Source: Candidatus Limnocylindrales bacterium (GTDB taxonomy: Bacteria > Chloroflexota > Limnocylindria > Limnocylindrales > CSP1-4). From it: 64,000 bases of DNA. The stretch spans positions 560 to 64,559 of the forward strand of contig DATCGV010000044.1 in the NCBI GenBank assembly GCA_036508755.1, read 5' to 3'. Each line of letters starts with the position of its first letter. The first letter of the stretch is position 1. Both the position numbers and the translations under genes were made by a program. The notes below the pieces were generated by a model. That model was given only the letters and a program-made list of their open reading frames with translations. It did not search any database and was not told the DNA's origin. Below, one piece after another: positions 45,530-57,658 of the stretch.

Positions 45530-46282
45530 ATGCCACAGATCCACCTTCGCGCCGAGGTAGGCGACTACGCACCGCTCGTGCTCCTGCCCGGCGATCCCGG
45601 CCGGGCAACGATGATCGCCGGCCTTTTCGACGGCGGCCTTGAAGCAGCACGGCTTGTGAACCAGCACAGATCGCTGCTCGGCTACACCGGCACTTACCAC
45701 GGCGTGCCCGTCAGCGTCCAGACAACCGGTATGGGCACGCCGTCGTTCTCGATCGTCATGGAGGAGCTGCTCAACCTGGGCGTCACGACGTTCATCCGTG
45801 CCGGCACGTGCGGTGGCATCTCGCGCGGCCTGCGCACGGGCGACCTCGTCATCGCCACGGCCGCGGCGCCGGTCGATGGCGCGACACGGACGTACCTGCA
45901 CGGCGATCCTTACGCTCCTGCCGCGGACTTTGAAGTGACACGGGCGCTCGTGGATGCTGCCGCCAAGCACGGGATCAAGGCCGTGATCGGGCCGGTCGCC
46001 TCGGTCGACGTCTTCTACAACACTGACGACGACTACGTTTCGAAATGGAAGTCGCGCGGGATCGTGGCCTTCGAAATGGAGGCCGCCGCCTTGTTCTACC
46101 TCGCCGCCCGCGCGCAGGGCAGCGGCAACGACGTGCGCGCGGGCTGCATCCTGACCGTCAGCGACACGCTCGGGCCAAAGGACGAATCTGTCGGCATGGA
46201 CTACATGTCGCTGGAGGACCTCGAAGCAGCGACCCGGCGGATGATCGAGATCGCGCTGGAGGCCGGCACGGCGCTCGGCTGA
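45530..46282 (+). CDS. purine/uridine nucleoside phosphorylase, PNP_UDP_1 family (DeoD-type)
   Basis: LLPGDPGRA...GYTGTYHGVPVSVQTTGMGTPS...FEMEAAAL pattern of the DeoD-type phosphorylase family. Confidence 0.7.
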   Translation: MPQIHLRAEVGDYAPLVLLPGDPGRATMIAGLFDGGLEAARLVNQHRSLLGYTGTYHGVPVSVQTTGMGTPSFSIVMEELLNLGVTTFIRAGTCGGISRGLRTGDLVIATAAAPVDGATRTYLHGDPYAPAADFEVTRALVDAAAKHGIKAVIGPVASVDVFYNTDDDYVSKWKSRGIVAFEMEAAALFYLAARAQGSGNDVRAGCILTVSDTLGPKDESVGMDYMSLEDLEAATRRMIEIALEAGTALG

Positions 46283-46286
46283 CGCA

Positions 46287-47123
46287 TTGATGATCCCGAT
46301 CGGCCTGAACCTCACCTGCATGGGCGTTACGTCGGCCTGGTGGCTGGAGTCGGCGCTGCAGGCCGAGCAGGCTGGTTTCAGGGGAGTCTGGTGCTGGGAC
46401 CACTCGATCAGTCGTGGCAAGAAGACGACGCCCGTGCTCGAATGCTGGACGACGCTGACGGCGGCCGCGGCGGTCACCCGCAAGCTCAGGGTCGGCAGCT
46501 TCATCGACAACGTCATGAACCGCCAGCCGGCGATTCTCGCGCGGATGCTCGCGACCCTGTCCGAGCAGAGCGGCGGCAGGGTCGAGCTCGGCATCGGCGT
46601 CGGCGGTAACGAGGAAGAGGCGCTCGCCTACGGCATCCCGTTTCCGGCGCCGGCCGAACGGGTCGAGATCCTCGAAGAGGCCGTCGCCGTCATGCGCCTG
46701 CTGTGGACGGGCGGCCCGGTCGATTTCTCGGGTCGCCATTTCCAGCTCCACGAGGCGTGGTCATACCCGGTTCCGGAGCCCGCGCCCCGGGTCATCGTCG
46801 GTGGCGAGAAACCGGCCGGAGCTCGGCTGGCGGCGCGCCTCGGCGATGGCTGGACGACCAACGCGCCCGACTACGAAGCGTTGCTGCCGATCCACCTCGA
46901 GGAGCTCGCCGACCACGGACGCTCACGCGCGCAGGTCGCGCACCTGATCGCCGTTTCGATCGACAAGGACGTGCCCTTGGAGAGCCAGCCGCTCATCGCC
47001 GACATAGCGACCTTCCTTGGGGAGTGGCAGGAACGCGGCGCGGACGAGATCATCGTCAGCTGGGTAAGGCCGGCGCAGCTGCCGGCGCTGCTCGAGGCGG
47101 CTGCGCGCGCCGGCCTCGGCTGA
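46287..47123 (+). CDS. LLM class F420/flavin-dependent oxidoreductase
   Basis: Luciferase-like pattern (GVWCWDH, LGIGVGGNEEE, VIVGGEKP). Confidence 0.7.
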   Translation: MMIPIGLNLTCMGVTSAWWLESALQAEQAGFRGVWCWDHSISRGKKTTPVLECWTTLTAAAAVTRKLRVGSFIDNVMNRQPAILARMLATLSEQSGGRVELGIGVGGNEEEALAYGIPFPAPAERVEILEEAVAVMRLLWTGGPVDFSGRHFQLHEAWSYPVPEPAPRVIVGGEKPAGARLAARLGDGWTTNAPDYEALLPIHLEELADHGRSRAQVAHLIAVSIDKDVPLESQPLIADIATFLGEWQERGADEIIVSWVRPAQLPALLEAAARAGLG

Positions 47124-47144
47124 CTCGGCTACGCTGAACGCGGC

Positions 47145-47648
47145 ATGTTCAGGCGCTCCACGCCGGTCACGGTTCCGGCACTCCCCGTTGATCCCGAGGC
47201 GGAGCACGACGTCTGCCTGAAGTGCGGCCGGCCGACGCCGCTCGGCGTGTCACTGTGCGAGAACGACAACCCCGGCCGCATCAAGTCGCCGTCGACGACG
47301 CAGGTCCACGGCACGATCGTCATCGGCGTGCTTGTCGGCTTCCTGTTGCTGCTGCTGCTGTTCCGCTTCGGCTCGATCGGCATCGGGCCGTTCCACTCGT
47401 CGATCGTCGGCTACAGCGCGCGCTCGGACGGTGGCCTCGATGTGGCCGTCAGCGTCCAGAACTCTGGTTCGCGCGCGTCAGGCGCGAGCTGCCGAATCTC
47501 GAACAGCGGCACGCAGGGCTACCGCGACTACACCTTCTTCACGCAGCCCATCGCGGTGGGCGCAAGCCAGACGTTTACGCAGACGATCCCACCCGCGCCC
47601 GACCAGCCGCCATTCTCACCGGCGAACCTGATCGTCAGCTGTACTTAG
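47145..47648 (+). CDS. hypothetical membrane protein with N-terminal zinc-ribbon-like CxxC...C motif
   Basis: CLKCGRPTPLGVSLCEND then TM (IVIGVLVGFLLLLLLF) then extracytoplasmic domain; no family recognised. Confidence 0.35.
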   Translation: MFRRSTPVTVPALPVDPEAEHDVCLKCGRPTPLGVSLCENDNPGRIKSPSTTQVHGTIVIGVLVGFLLLLLLFRFGSIGIGPFHSSIVGYSARSDGGLDVAVSVQNSGSRASGASCRISNSGTQGYRDYTFFTQPIAVGASQTFTQTIPPAPDQPPFSPANLIVSCT

Positions 47649-49252
47649 CCCGGGACGGATCCAGCGGCGGGCGCAGCGCTGGCCTCTTCGCCGCTCGGAC
47701 CGGCCAGCGCCTGGCGGTTGCTGATGAACAGGCTGTTTGCCAGTGCGCCGGCCGTGAGCAGCGCCGCGGCCGTCAGCATCGCCAGGTGGAACGCGTCGGT
47801 TGACGCCGTGCGGGCCGCGGCGACCTGCTCGGCCGGGACGGACGAAGCCGGGCGGTTCATCGGCGGGATGTTCGTGCGCACGTCCGCCGAGCTCGTGTCG
47901 AGGCCGGGCACGAGCGAGCCGAGCGTCGCGTAGAAAGACGCCGTCACGACGATAAAGATCAGCGCGCCGGCGAGCTGCGGCCCGACACGCGAGATCGCGT
48001 TGTTGATCGCCGACGCGAGGCCCGCCTGGCGGCCAGGCACGGAGCGCATCAGCGCCGTTGTCAGTGGCGCAACCATGATCGACACGCCGATACCGAAGAT
48101 CAGGTAGTAGGGCAGGAAGTCAGTGAGGTAGCCGGCCGATGGCGCCCACGTCGACGGGTTGGCGATGTCGAACTGCCACGGCGGCGAGTCGGCCGGGATG
48201 CGTGCGATCCAGAGCAGGCCGGCGGCCATGATCAGCGGCCCTACGGTCATGAACAGTCGCGGCCCATAGCGCGAGGCGAGCCTGCCCCAGCGCGTCGACA
48301 GAAAGATCAGGAAGAGCGAGCCAGGGATGCTGCCCAGGCCGACGGCGCTCGCGCTGTAGCCGAGCGAGCCCTGCATGAACAGCGGCAGAAAGAAGAAGGT
48401 CACGTACAGCGCGCCGTAGATGAGCATCGTCGAGACGTTCGTGACCGTGAAGTTGCGCGAGCGGAACATGGCCAGCGGAACGAGCGGATGCGCGGCGCGG
48501 GCAAAGTAGAAGGGCAGCGCGATGGTCGTGATGCCGCCCAGCGCGAGCGCAACGAAGGCCAGCGGATCATGCCACTGGCGCTGCTGGCCGTAGATGGCGC
48601 CGAAGCTCAGGCCACCGACGGCGACGGCGACGAGCAGCGCGCCCAGCCAGTCGAACTGGCCCACGGAACGTTCGTCGCGGCTCTCCTTGACGTAGCGCAG
48701 CGCGGCCCAGATCGCGACGAGCGTGAACGGCAGGTTGAGCAGGAAGATCAGGCGCCAGGTGAAGTTGTCGACGAGGATGCCACCGACGAACGGCCCGATG
48801 ATCGGCGCCAGCGCGGACGCTGCGGCCCAGATGCCGAAGGCGCGGCCCTGCTCTTCGCCCTCGAAGTTGTTGGTCAGGATTGCCAGTGACCCGGGCACGA
48901 GTAACGCGCCGGCCGCGCCTTGGATGAGCCGGAAGAGGATCAGCAGCTCCAGGTTGGGCGCGAGGCCGCACAGCAGCGATGCGCCGCCGAAGCCGACCAG
49001 GCCGAGGATGAACATGCGCCGCCGGCCGAAGAAGTCGGACAGCGCGCCGGCCAGGATGAGCAGCGCGCTGAGCGTCAGCAGGTAGCCGTACTGGATGTAG
49101 TTCTGCGCCTCGAGGACGTCGAGAAACAGTCGCGGCTCGCGGCCGATCGCCGGCAAGGCGACGGTCAGAACGGCCGAATCGAGGAAGACGATGCTCGAGC
49201 CGAGCACAGCCGCGACGAGAGTCCAGTTCTTGCTGCTCATGGGGGCCGCCAT
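47645..49252 (-). CDS. MFS transporter, DHA2 (14-TMS drug:H+ antiporter) family
   Basis: 14 predicted helices; MFS motif GRRRMFILGL; ATG at 49252 (MAAPMSSKNW) verified. Confidence 0.8.
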   Translation of the reverse strand: MAAPMSSKNWTLVAAVLGSSIVFLDSAVLTVALPAIGREPRLFLDVLEAQNYIQYGYLLTLSALLILAGALSDFFGRRRMFILGLVGFGGASLLCGLAPNLELLILFRLIQGAAGALLVPGSLAILTNNFEGEEQGRAFGIWAAASALAPIIGPFVGGILVDNFTWRLIFLLNLPFTLVAIWAALRYVKESRDERSVGQFDWLGALLVAVAVGGLSFGAIYGQQRQWHDPLAFVALALGGITTIALPFYFARAAHPLVPLAMFRSRNFTVTNVSTMLIYGALYVTFFFLPLFMQGSLGYSASAVGLGSIPGSLFLIFLSTRWGRLASRYGPRLFMTVGPLIMAAGLLWIARIPADSPPWQFDIANPSTWAPSAGYLTDFLPYYLIFGIGVSIMVAPLTTALMRSVPGRQAGLASAINNAISRVGPQLAGALIFIVVTASFYATLGSLVPGLDTSSADVRTNIPPMNRPASSVPAEQVAAARTASTDAFHLAMLTAAALLTAGALANSLFISNRQALAGPSGEEASAAPAAGSVPG

Positions 49253-49266
49253 CCTACAATCGGCCG

Positions 49267-50094
49267 GTGGCCCAGATCGTGACTTTTGCCCGGCCGTTGC
49301 GCGCGGCGCGGCTTGACGCCGAGCTGGCAATCGCAACCGACGCCGCGCGCCGCGCCGGCCGGCTGCAGATGGAGCGCTACGAGCGCCTCGAGCGCATCAT
49401 CCACAAGGCCGAGCACGACGTCGTGACCGAGGTCGACACGCTCTCTGAGCAGCTGATCATCAGCGCCATTCACGACGCCTTCCCGCGCGATTCGATCCTC
49501 GCCGAGGAATCGGGACGGACTGACGTTGTCGCCGGCGACCCGCTCGACGAGCGGGTGTGGATCATCGACCCACTCGATGGCACCGTGAACTACGCCAATG
49601 GCATCCCGGTCTTCTGCGTCAGCGTCGGGCTGGCGGTCGGTGGCAGGCCCGCAATCGGTGTCGTCTACGACCCGACGCGCGACGAGATGTTCGCGGCGCA
49701 GGCCGGCATGGGCGCGCGCCTTGACGGGATCCCCATTCGTCATCCGGGCAAGGACAAGCTCTCCGATTGCGTCGTCTCGCTGTCACTGCCGGGCCGCGGC
49801 TGGGCGATCCGCGACCGCAAGGTTCGCCGCGCTGTTCGCGTGTGGCGCAACATGGGCAGTGCCGCGCTCGCGCTCGCGTACCTGGCCAACGGCCGCTTCG
49901 ATGCCTTCATCCAGGCCGGCGGCCTGTCGGCCTGGGACATCTGTGCCGCCGGCCTGCTGGCCGTTGAGGGCGGCGCCCAGCTGACGGCACTCGATGGCGG
50001 GCCGTGGTTCGACATCAGCCATGCCACGCGCTCGATCTCGCTCCTGGGCGCCGCGCCGCCGCACCACCAGACGCTGTTCGAGATGCTCAAGTGA
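49267..50094 (+). CDS. inositol monophosphatase family protein (IMPase/SuhB-like)
   Basis: WIIDPLDGTVNY (DPxDGT) and EESG motifs, WDICAAGLL. Confidence 0.75.
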   Translation: MAQIVTFARPLRAARLDAELAIATDAARRAGRLQMERYERLERIIHKAEHDVVTEVDTLSEQLIISAIHDAFPRDSILAEESGRTDVVAGDPLDERVWIIDPLDGTVNYANGIPVFCVSVGLAVGGRPAIGVVYDPTRDEMFAAQAGMGARLDGIPIRHPGKDKLSDCVVSLSLPGRGWAIRDRKVRRAVRVWRNMGSAALALAYLANGRFDAFIQAGGLSAWDICAAGLLAVEGGAQLTALDGGPWFDISHATRSISLLGAAPPHHQTLFEMLK

Positions 50095-50936
50095 TCAGCT
50101 GGCGGCCGTACGCCGACGTCCACGGCCACGACAACACCGTGACCGGCAACGTCCTCGTCTGGCCGGAGCTGCACAGCGCCGGGCTGGGCCGCACGGCGGA
50201 GATCTGTGTCTACCTGCCGCCGTCGCTCGGGCCTGAAGGGCCGGGCTGGACCGACGGCCGGCGCTACCCGACGATCTACTTCAACGACGGCCAGAACATC
50301 TTCGACGACCGCACTGCCAACGCCGGGGAGTGGCACGCCGACGAGACGCTCGAGATGCTGTCGGGGGAGGGCATCGAGGCGATCGCGGTGGCCGTGCCCA
50401 ACTCGCCTTCGCGCCTCGACGAGTACAGCCCGTGGCGCGCGCCGAACCCGTTCAGCGCTGGCAGCGGCGAGGTCGGCGGCCGTGGCGAGATCTACCTAGA
50501 GTGGCTGGTCGGTTCCGTGATGCCGCTCGTCGACCGTTCGTTTCCGACGAGCACGGAGCGCGAGGCGACCGGCATCATCGGCTCATCGATGGGTGGCCTG
50601 ATCAGCCTCTACGGGCTGATGTTCGAGCCGCGCGCGTTCGGCTTCGCCGGTGTGATGAGCCCCTCAGTCCGGTGGGCCGACTACTCGATCGTGCGCATGA
50701 TCGAGGAGGGCAAGCTGCCGCCGGGACGAATTCACCTCGACATGGGCGGCAGCGAGTGGGGCGGCATGGTCGAGGATTCGCGACTGCTGCGCGACACGCT
50801 GGTCAGGACGGGCTGGCAGGAAGGCAACGACCTCCAGTACATCGAGGACGACATCGGCGGACATCGCGAGGCCGCCTGGTCGTGGCGTCTGCCCGACGCG
50901 CTGCGTTTCCTCCTGGCGCCTTTCAAGTCCGTCTAG
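50091..50936 (+). CDS. alpha/beta hydrolase, putative esterase (esterase D/enterochelin esterase-like)
   Basis: Nucleophile elbow GSSMGG, ICVYLPPS; GTGA overlap with the IMPase stop. Confidence 0.65.
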   Translation: MISWRPYADVHGHDNTVTGNVLVWPELHSAGLGRTAEICVYLPPSLGPEGPGWTDGRRYPTIYFNDGQNIFDDRTANAGEWHADETLEMLSGEGIEAIAVAVPNSPSRLDEYSPWRAPNPFSAGSGEVGGRGEIYLEWLVGSVMPLVDRSFPTSTEREATGIIGSSMGGLISLYGLMFEPRAFGFAGVMSPSVRWADYSIVRMIEEGKLPPGRIHLDMGGSEWGGMVEDSRLLRDTLVRTGWQEGNDLQYIEDDIGGHREAAWSWRLPDALRFLLAPFKSV

Positions 50937-50948
50937 CTGAGAGCGCCG

Positions 50949-51026
50949 AATCGCGCATCGCCAGCAAGGCTGATGCGCATGCCGGGTGGTGAGTCGAGCC
51001 CCTGAATAACGAACCGTGATGCGCAT
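50949..51026. repeat. three copies of a short GC palindrome motif ((G)ATGCGCAT / ATCGCGCAT) within an 80-bp convergent intergenic region
   Basis: ATCGCGCATCGCC (50950-50962), TGATGCGCATGCC (50971-50983), TGATGCGCATCTGCC (51017-51031); ATGCGCAT is self-complementary. Confidence 0.3.
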
Positions 51027-51060
51027 CTGCCCTGGACCCGCAGCCCTGCGAGGGATGGTT

Positions 51061-51945
51061 CTAGCTTGCCCAGCGGTGGACGCGGCCGATGAGCTGCGGC
51101 TGACCAAGACGCTCGGCGATCGCGGTGAACTCCGCGCGGTGCGCGCCGCGCCAGCGCAGGTCGTCGACCGACTCTGACACCAGCGGCACGTCGAGCACCA
51201 GCGTGGCCAGCTCGCGGAAGAGAAACGCCTCGTCGCGGTGCTCGCGCAGCGAAGTCGCGAGCCCGGCACCGCCTCGGACAGATAGGTCCCAATGCGCGAC
51301 CCGCTCCGGAATCTCCTCAAGGTGGACGTAGCGCGTCAGCACGGCGCCGGCGGACACTTTGCCCCAGCCGGGGATGCCTGGATAGCCGTCCGCTGAGTCG
51401 CCAACCAAAGCCAGGAAATCGGGGATCGACTCGGGTGAAACCCCGAACTTCTCGCGCACCGCGTTCGCGTCGAGCAGCTTGCGCTGGCGTCGGTCGTACT
51501 GGACGACCTTGCCGTCCTCGCGCACGCATTGGCCCATGTCCTTGTCGGGCGTCATGATCACCACGCGCTCGACTCCGGGCGCGTCGGCATAGCGCGCGGC
51601 CGCGGTACCCAGGCCGTCGTCGGCCTCCCATTCGACGAGCGGCCAGACGACGACGCCCAGCGCGCGCAGCGCGTCCTCGGCGAGGGTGAACTGGTCGAGC
51701 AGCTCGCGCGGTACACCGAAACCCGTCTTGTAGCCCGCATAGCGCTCGTTGCGCCATGACTCGATGACGTGGTCGGCGGCGCAGCCGAGGTGCGTGACGC
51801 CCTCGTCGCGGAAGAGATACAGGGTCGACTCGATGATGCCGACTGTCGCCGACACGTTGTTGCCGGCAGGATCAAGCACCGGCGGCCGTGGCGCGAAGTG
51901 CGACCTGAAGAGCTCGTACGTCGCGTCGAGCAGATGGACCTGCAA
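51061..51945 (-). CDS. 5'-3' exonuclease (Pol I N-terminal-like / flap endonuclease family, stand-alone)
   Basis: MQVHLLDATYELFRSHFA N-terminus (compare MxLLLIDGSSLLYRAFYA), PDKDMGQ, H3TH region GIPGWGKVSA. Confidence 0.7.
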   Translation of the reverse strand: MQVHLLDATYELFRSHFAPRPPVLDPAGNNVSATVGIIESTLYLFRDEGVTHLGCAADHVIESWRNERYAGYKTGFGVPRELLDQFTLAEDALRALGVVVWPLVEWEADDGLGTAAARYADAPGVERVVIMTPDKDMGQCVREDGKVVQYDRRQRKLLDANAVREKFGVSPESIPDFLALVGDSADGYPGIPGWGKVSAGAVLTRYVHLEEIPERVAHWDLSVRGGAGLATSLREHRDEAFLFRELATLVLDVPLVSESVDDLRWRGAHRAEFTAIAERLGQPQLIGRVHRWAS

Positions 51946-51948
51946 CGG

Positions 51949-52761
51949 CTAGCCGGTCTGTGCCAGCTCGCGGGCCTGTGCCAGCTCGCGGGCCTGGAGA
52001 TCGGCGGCGTTGAGCGCGGCGCCGATGATGCCCGATGTGTTGCGGTACTGCGCGGGCACGATCGGCGCGCGGCTCTTGAGGAACTCGCGATAGCGATCCA
52101 TGACCTTGGATACGCCGCCGCCCAGGATGATCAGGTCGGGCCACAGGTAGGCCTCGAGGCGGGCAACGTATTCGTTGAACTCGAGCGCCCACGTCTTCCA
52201 GCGCATCCGGCGCCGCTCCCGCGCCACGCCCGAGAGGCGCAGCTCGGCGTCGCGGCCGTGGAGCTCGATATGGCCAAGCTCCGTGTCGGGCACGAGCCTG
52301 CCGTCGACGAACAGGCCGCTGCCGATGCCCGTGCCGACGGTCAGCAGCAGCACGGTGCCACGTGCGTCGCGGCCGGCACCCAGGCGGACCTCGGCCAGGC
52401 CGGCCGCGTCGGCATCGTTGATCGCGTAGACCCGGCGGCCGATGGCCTGGCCCACGATCTCGTCGGCTGAGCTGCCGACCCACGCTTTGTCAATGTTCGC
52501 CGCGGTCATGACCATGCCGCCCTTGATGACCCCGGGCAGGCCCATGCCTGCGGGCGCGTCGTCCGGAATCGGATACTCGGCGAGGCTCTGGCCGACGAGA
52601 TCGATGATCGTTGCAGCGGCCGCCTCCGGCGTCGACGGCCGTGGCGTATCGAGCCTGTGCCGGCGGCTGAGCAGCTCGCCGGTCGCGATGTCGACTACCG
52701 CAGCCTTGATCCCGGTGCCGCCGAAATCGATGCCCAAACTGGCCCGACGATTCTCAGCCAC
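51949..52761 (-). CDS. ppgK: ROK family polyphosphate/ATP glucokinase
   Basis: LGIDFGGTGIKAAVVD N-terminal ATP-binding motif and ROK core; GTG at 52761 chosen. The track start at 52878 overlaps the divergent aceE. Confidence 0.7.
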   Translation of the reverse strand: MAENRRASLGIDFGGTGIKAAVVDIATGELLSRRHRLDTPRPSTPEAAAATIIDLVGQSLAEYPIPDDAPAGMGLPGVIKGGMVMTAANIDKAWVGSSADEIVGQAIGRRVYAINDADAAGLAEVRLGAGRDARGTVLLLTVGTGIGSGLFVDGRLVPDTELGHIELHGRDAELRLSGVARERRRMRWKTWALEFNEYVARLEAYLWPDLIILGGGVSKVMDRYREFLKSRAPIVPAQYRNTSGIIGAALNAADLQARELAQARELAQTG

Positions 52762-52852
52762 GGAAGGAGGATAAGCCTCGCGCGGCCGCCAGCGGACGGA
52801 CGCACTTTGCGCGAAGGCTCGCGCGGGCTCTTGCCCGTAAACTGGGCTGGAG

Positions 52853-55567
<2,715 letters not shown>

Positions 55568-55569
55568 CC

Positions 55570-55905
55570 GTGGTTGTGCTGGTCGTCGCGGCGTTGGCCA
55601 CGGCCTGCACCGGCTCACCCGGTCCATCGCCCGCGCCGTTGACCGCCAGCGGCCTGGTCATTGCCGCGAGGGGCCCGGACTCCGCGACGGTCGACACCTT
55701 CACCCTGCGCACCAACGATGGCGAGGTCATCGACTTCACCGTAGGCACGCTCGACCTCTCGAACGGCGGCCTGCCTGCGCCGCACCTGCGTGAGCACATG
55801 GTTGGTGCCACGCCGACGAAGGTCTACTACGTCGTGGAGGAGGGCAAGGACGTCGCGATCAAGTACATCGACTTGCTGGCGCTGCCGTCGGCGAGCCCGT
55901 CGTGA
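55570..55905 (+). CDS. small lipoprotein, hypothetical
   Basis: Lipobox LATACTG; 111 aa; starts 3 nt after the aceE stop. Confidence 0.4.
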   Translation: MVVLVVAALATACTGSPGPSPAPLTASGLVIAARGPDSATVDTFTLRTNDGEVIDFTVGTLDLSNGGLPAPHLREHMVGATPTKVYYVVEEGKDVAIKYIDLLALPSASPS

Positions 55906-56384
55906 CCGACCTATCCGGCGATGGGCCGCTCCGTCCCTTCTTTCCATCCGCCACTGACTTCGCGGCCGCGACGACACCGCACTTCAGCTTCCTGATCGAC
56001 GAGTTCCGCTTCGCTGGACCGGTCGTGACCGGCAACCAGGAGGCATACGACATCCGCTACGACGGACCGGGCACGGCGGTGCTGCTCAGCTGGGAGATCG
56101 AAAACGGCCTCTTCGGCTGCGAGCTCGCGCCGCGGGCGGCGGACGGCCACCTCGATCCGGATTTCGAAAACTGGCTGACGGCTAACGAGGTTCTTGCCGC
56201 CCGCGGCGCGATGGATCGCTGGGTGGTCGAGTCGGAGCTTGATGGCGTCGACGAGGACGGCTATGCCGCGGTCATGATGCGTGAGGCCGACAACCTGCGC
56301 ACGTACTGCGCCGACGTGCTGCGCGGCGACTGGAGCGTGCACGATTCCGCCGTGATGTGGTGGACCGACATCAAGGAGCGATGA
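55902..56384 (+). CDS. hypothetical protein (acidic, 160 aa)
   Basis: ATGA overlap with the upstream lipoprotein stop and with the downstream dehydrogenase start; no family recognised. Confidence 0.35.
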   Translation: MTDLSGDGPLRPFFPSATDFAAATTPHFSFLIDEFRFAGPVVTGNQEAYDIRYDGPGTAVLLSWEIENGLFGCELAPRAADGHLDPDFENWLTANEVLAARGAMDRWVVESELDGVDEDGYAAVMMREADNLRTYCADVLRGDWSVHDSAVMWWTDIKER

Positions 56385-57658
56385 TTCGCCGCGCTTGGGC
56401 GCTAGTCGCCATAACGCTGGCAGCGCTCGCCGTCGGGTGCGCCAGCCCGACGCTTCGGCCGACACAGGCCCCGACGTTCACTGCTTCACCATTACCGCCG
56501 CGGTCATCGTTACCGCCGCCGTCGCCGACGCCGCAGTCCACCCGCTCCGCAGGCGCACCGCCGCAGCTTTCGGTCGAACCGTTTGCGTCGGGCTTCTCCA
56601 ACCTGACCTTCGTGACCAACGCGGGCGACGGCAGCGGTTCGTTGTACGCGATTGAGCAGGTCGGTCGCATCCGCCTCGTCACGCCTGGCAGCACCCAGGG
56701 CGGGCAAGCGTTCCTCGATCTGACTGACCGCGTCTCTGTGGGCGGGGAGCGCGGACTGCTCGGTCTCGCGTTCGACCCCAACTTTGCCTCGAATGGCCGC
56801 TTCTTTGTTGACTACACGAACCTCTCTGGCAACACCGTCATCTCGCGGTTCACTCGTGCAGCGGATGGCACGGTCGATCCCGGGGCAGAGACCATCGTGC
56901 TCACCGTCGACCAGCCGTTCCCGAATCACAACGGCGGGATGCTCGCCTTTGGTGCCGACGGTGACCTTTACATCGGCCTGGGCGACGGCGGCTCGGAGGG
57001 CGATCCGCAGGGCAACGGCCAGAACCTTGACACGCTGCTGGCCAAGATCCTGCGCATCGACGTCGAGTCCGGCTCGCCCTACGCAATCCCGGCAGACAAC
57101 CCGTTCGTATCGGGCCAGGCCGCCGGCGGCCCGGCCAGGCCCGCGATCTGGGACTACGGAGTGCGCAACCCGTGGCGCTTCTCATTCGACCGCCAGACCG
57201 GTGCGCTGTTCATCGGCGACGTGGGCCAGGACGCGTACGAGGAGGTCGATGTCGAGCCGCCGGGCTCGGGCCGCCACGACTACGGCTGGAGCGTGATGGA
57301 AGGCCTCCATTGTTACGGCGCGTCGACGTGCAACCAGACCGGGTTCACGCTGCCGGCTGTCGAGTATCCGCACTCGCTCGGCTGTGCCGTGACCGGCGGC
57401 TATGTCTATCGCGGTTTGGCCTACCCGAGCCTCGTGGGCAGCTACGTTTTCGGTGACTACTGCTCGGGCCGGCTCTTCGCGTTCAACGCTGACGACGCGC
57501 TTGCCGGCCGGCCCGTCGCCGCCCTCCAGGTCGGGCAAGTGCCGTTCAGCATCTCGAGCTTCGGCCAGGACGAAGCCGGCGAGCTCTACGTGGTCGACCT
57601 CGCCGGCGCCATCAACCGCCTTACTGCGCAGGGGTGGCTGGCCAGCCTTCGTGGATGA
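56381..57658 (+). CDS. PQQ-dependent sugar dehydrogenase-like beta-propeller lipoprotein (soluble glucose/sorbosone dehydrogenase family)
   Basis: Lipobox LAVGCAS; motifs FVDYTN...RFT, HNGGMLAFGADGDLYIGLGDGG, PAIWDYGVRNPWRFSFD (compare EIWA.GLRNPWR..FD). Confidence 0.65.
   Translation: MIRRAWALVAITLAALAVGCASPTLRPTQAPTFTASPLPPRSSLPPPSPTPQSTRSAGAPPQLSVEPFASGFSNLTFVTNAGDGSGSLYAIEQVGRIRLVTPGSTQGGQAFLDLTDRVSVGGERGLLGLAFDPNFASNGRFFVDYTNLSGNTVISRFTRAADGTVDPGAETIVLTVDQPFPNHNGGMLAFGADGDLYIGLGDGGSEGDPQGNGQNLDTLLAKILRIDVESGSPYAIPADNPFVSGQAAGGPARPAIWDYGVRNPWRFSFDRQTGALFIGDVGQDAYEEVDVEPPGSGRHDYGWSVMEGLHCYGASTCNQTGFTLPAVEYPHSLGCAVTGGYVYRGLAYPSLVGSYVFGDYCSGRLFAFNADDALAGRPVAALQVGQVPFSISSFGQDEAGELYVVDLAGAINRLTAQGWLASLRG

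Noticed and set aside
43921-45531. N-terminal 209 aa of the OpuAA track ORF
   Set aside because: Low-complexity, and overlaps the plus-strand LigT-like gene; ATG at 44904 gives the canonical ATPase start (MKAVSLEF...)
45434-46594. 386-aa minus-strand ORF
   Set aside because: Antisense to the PNP and LLM genes
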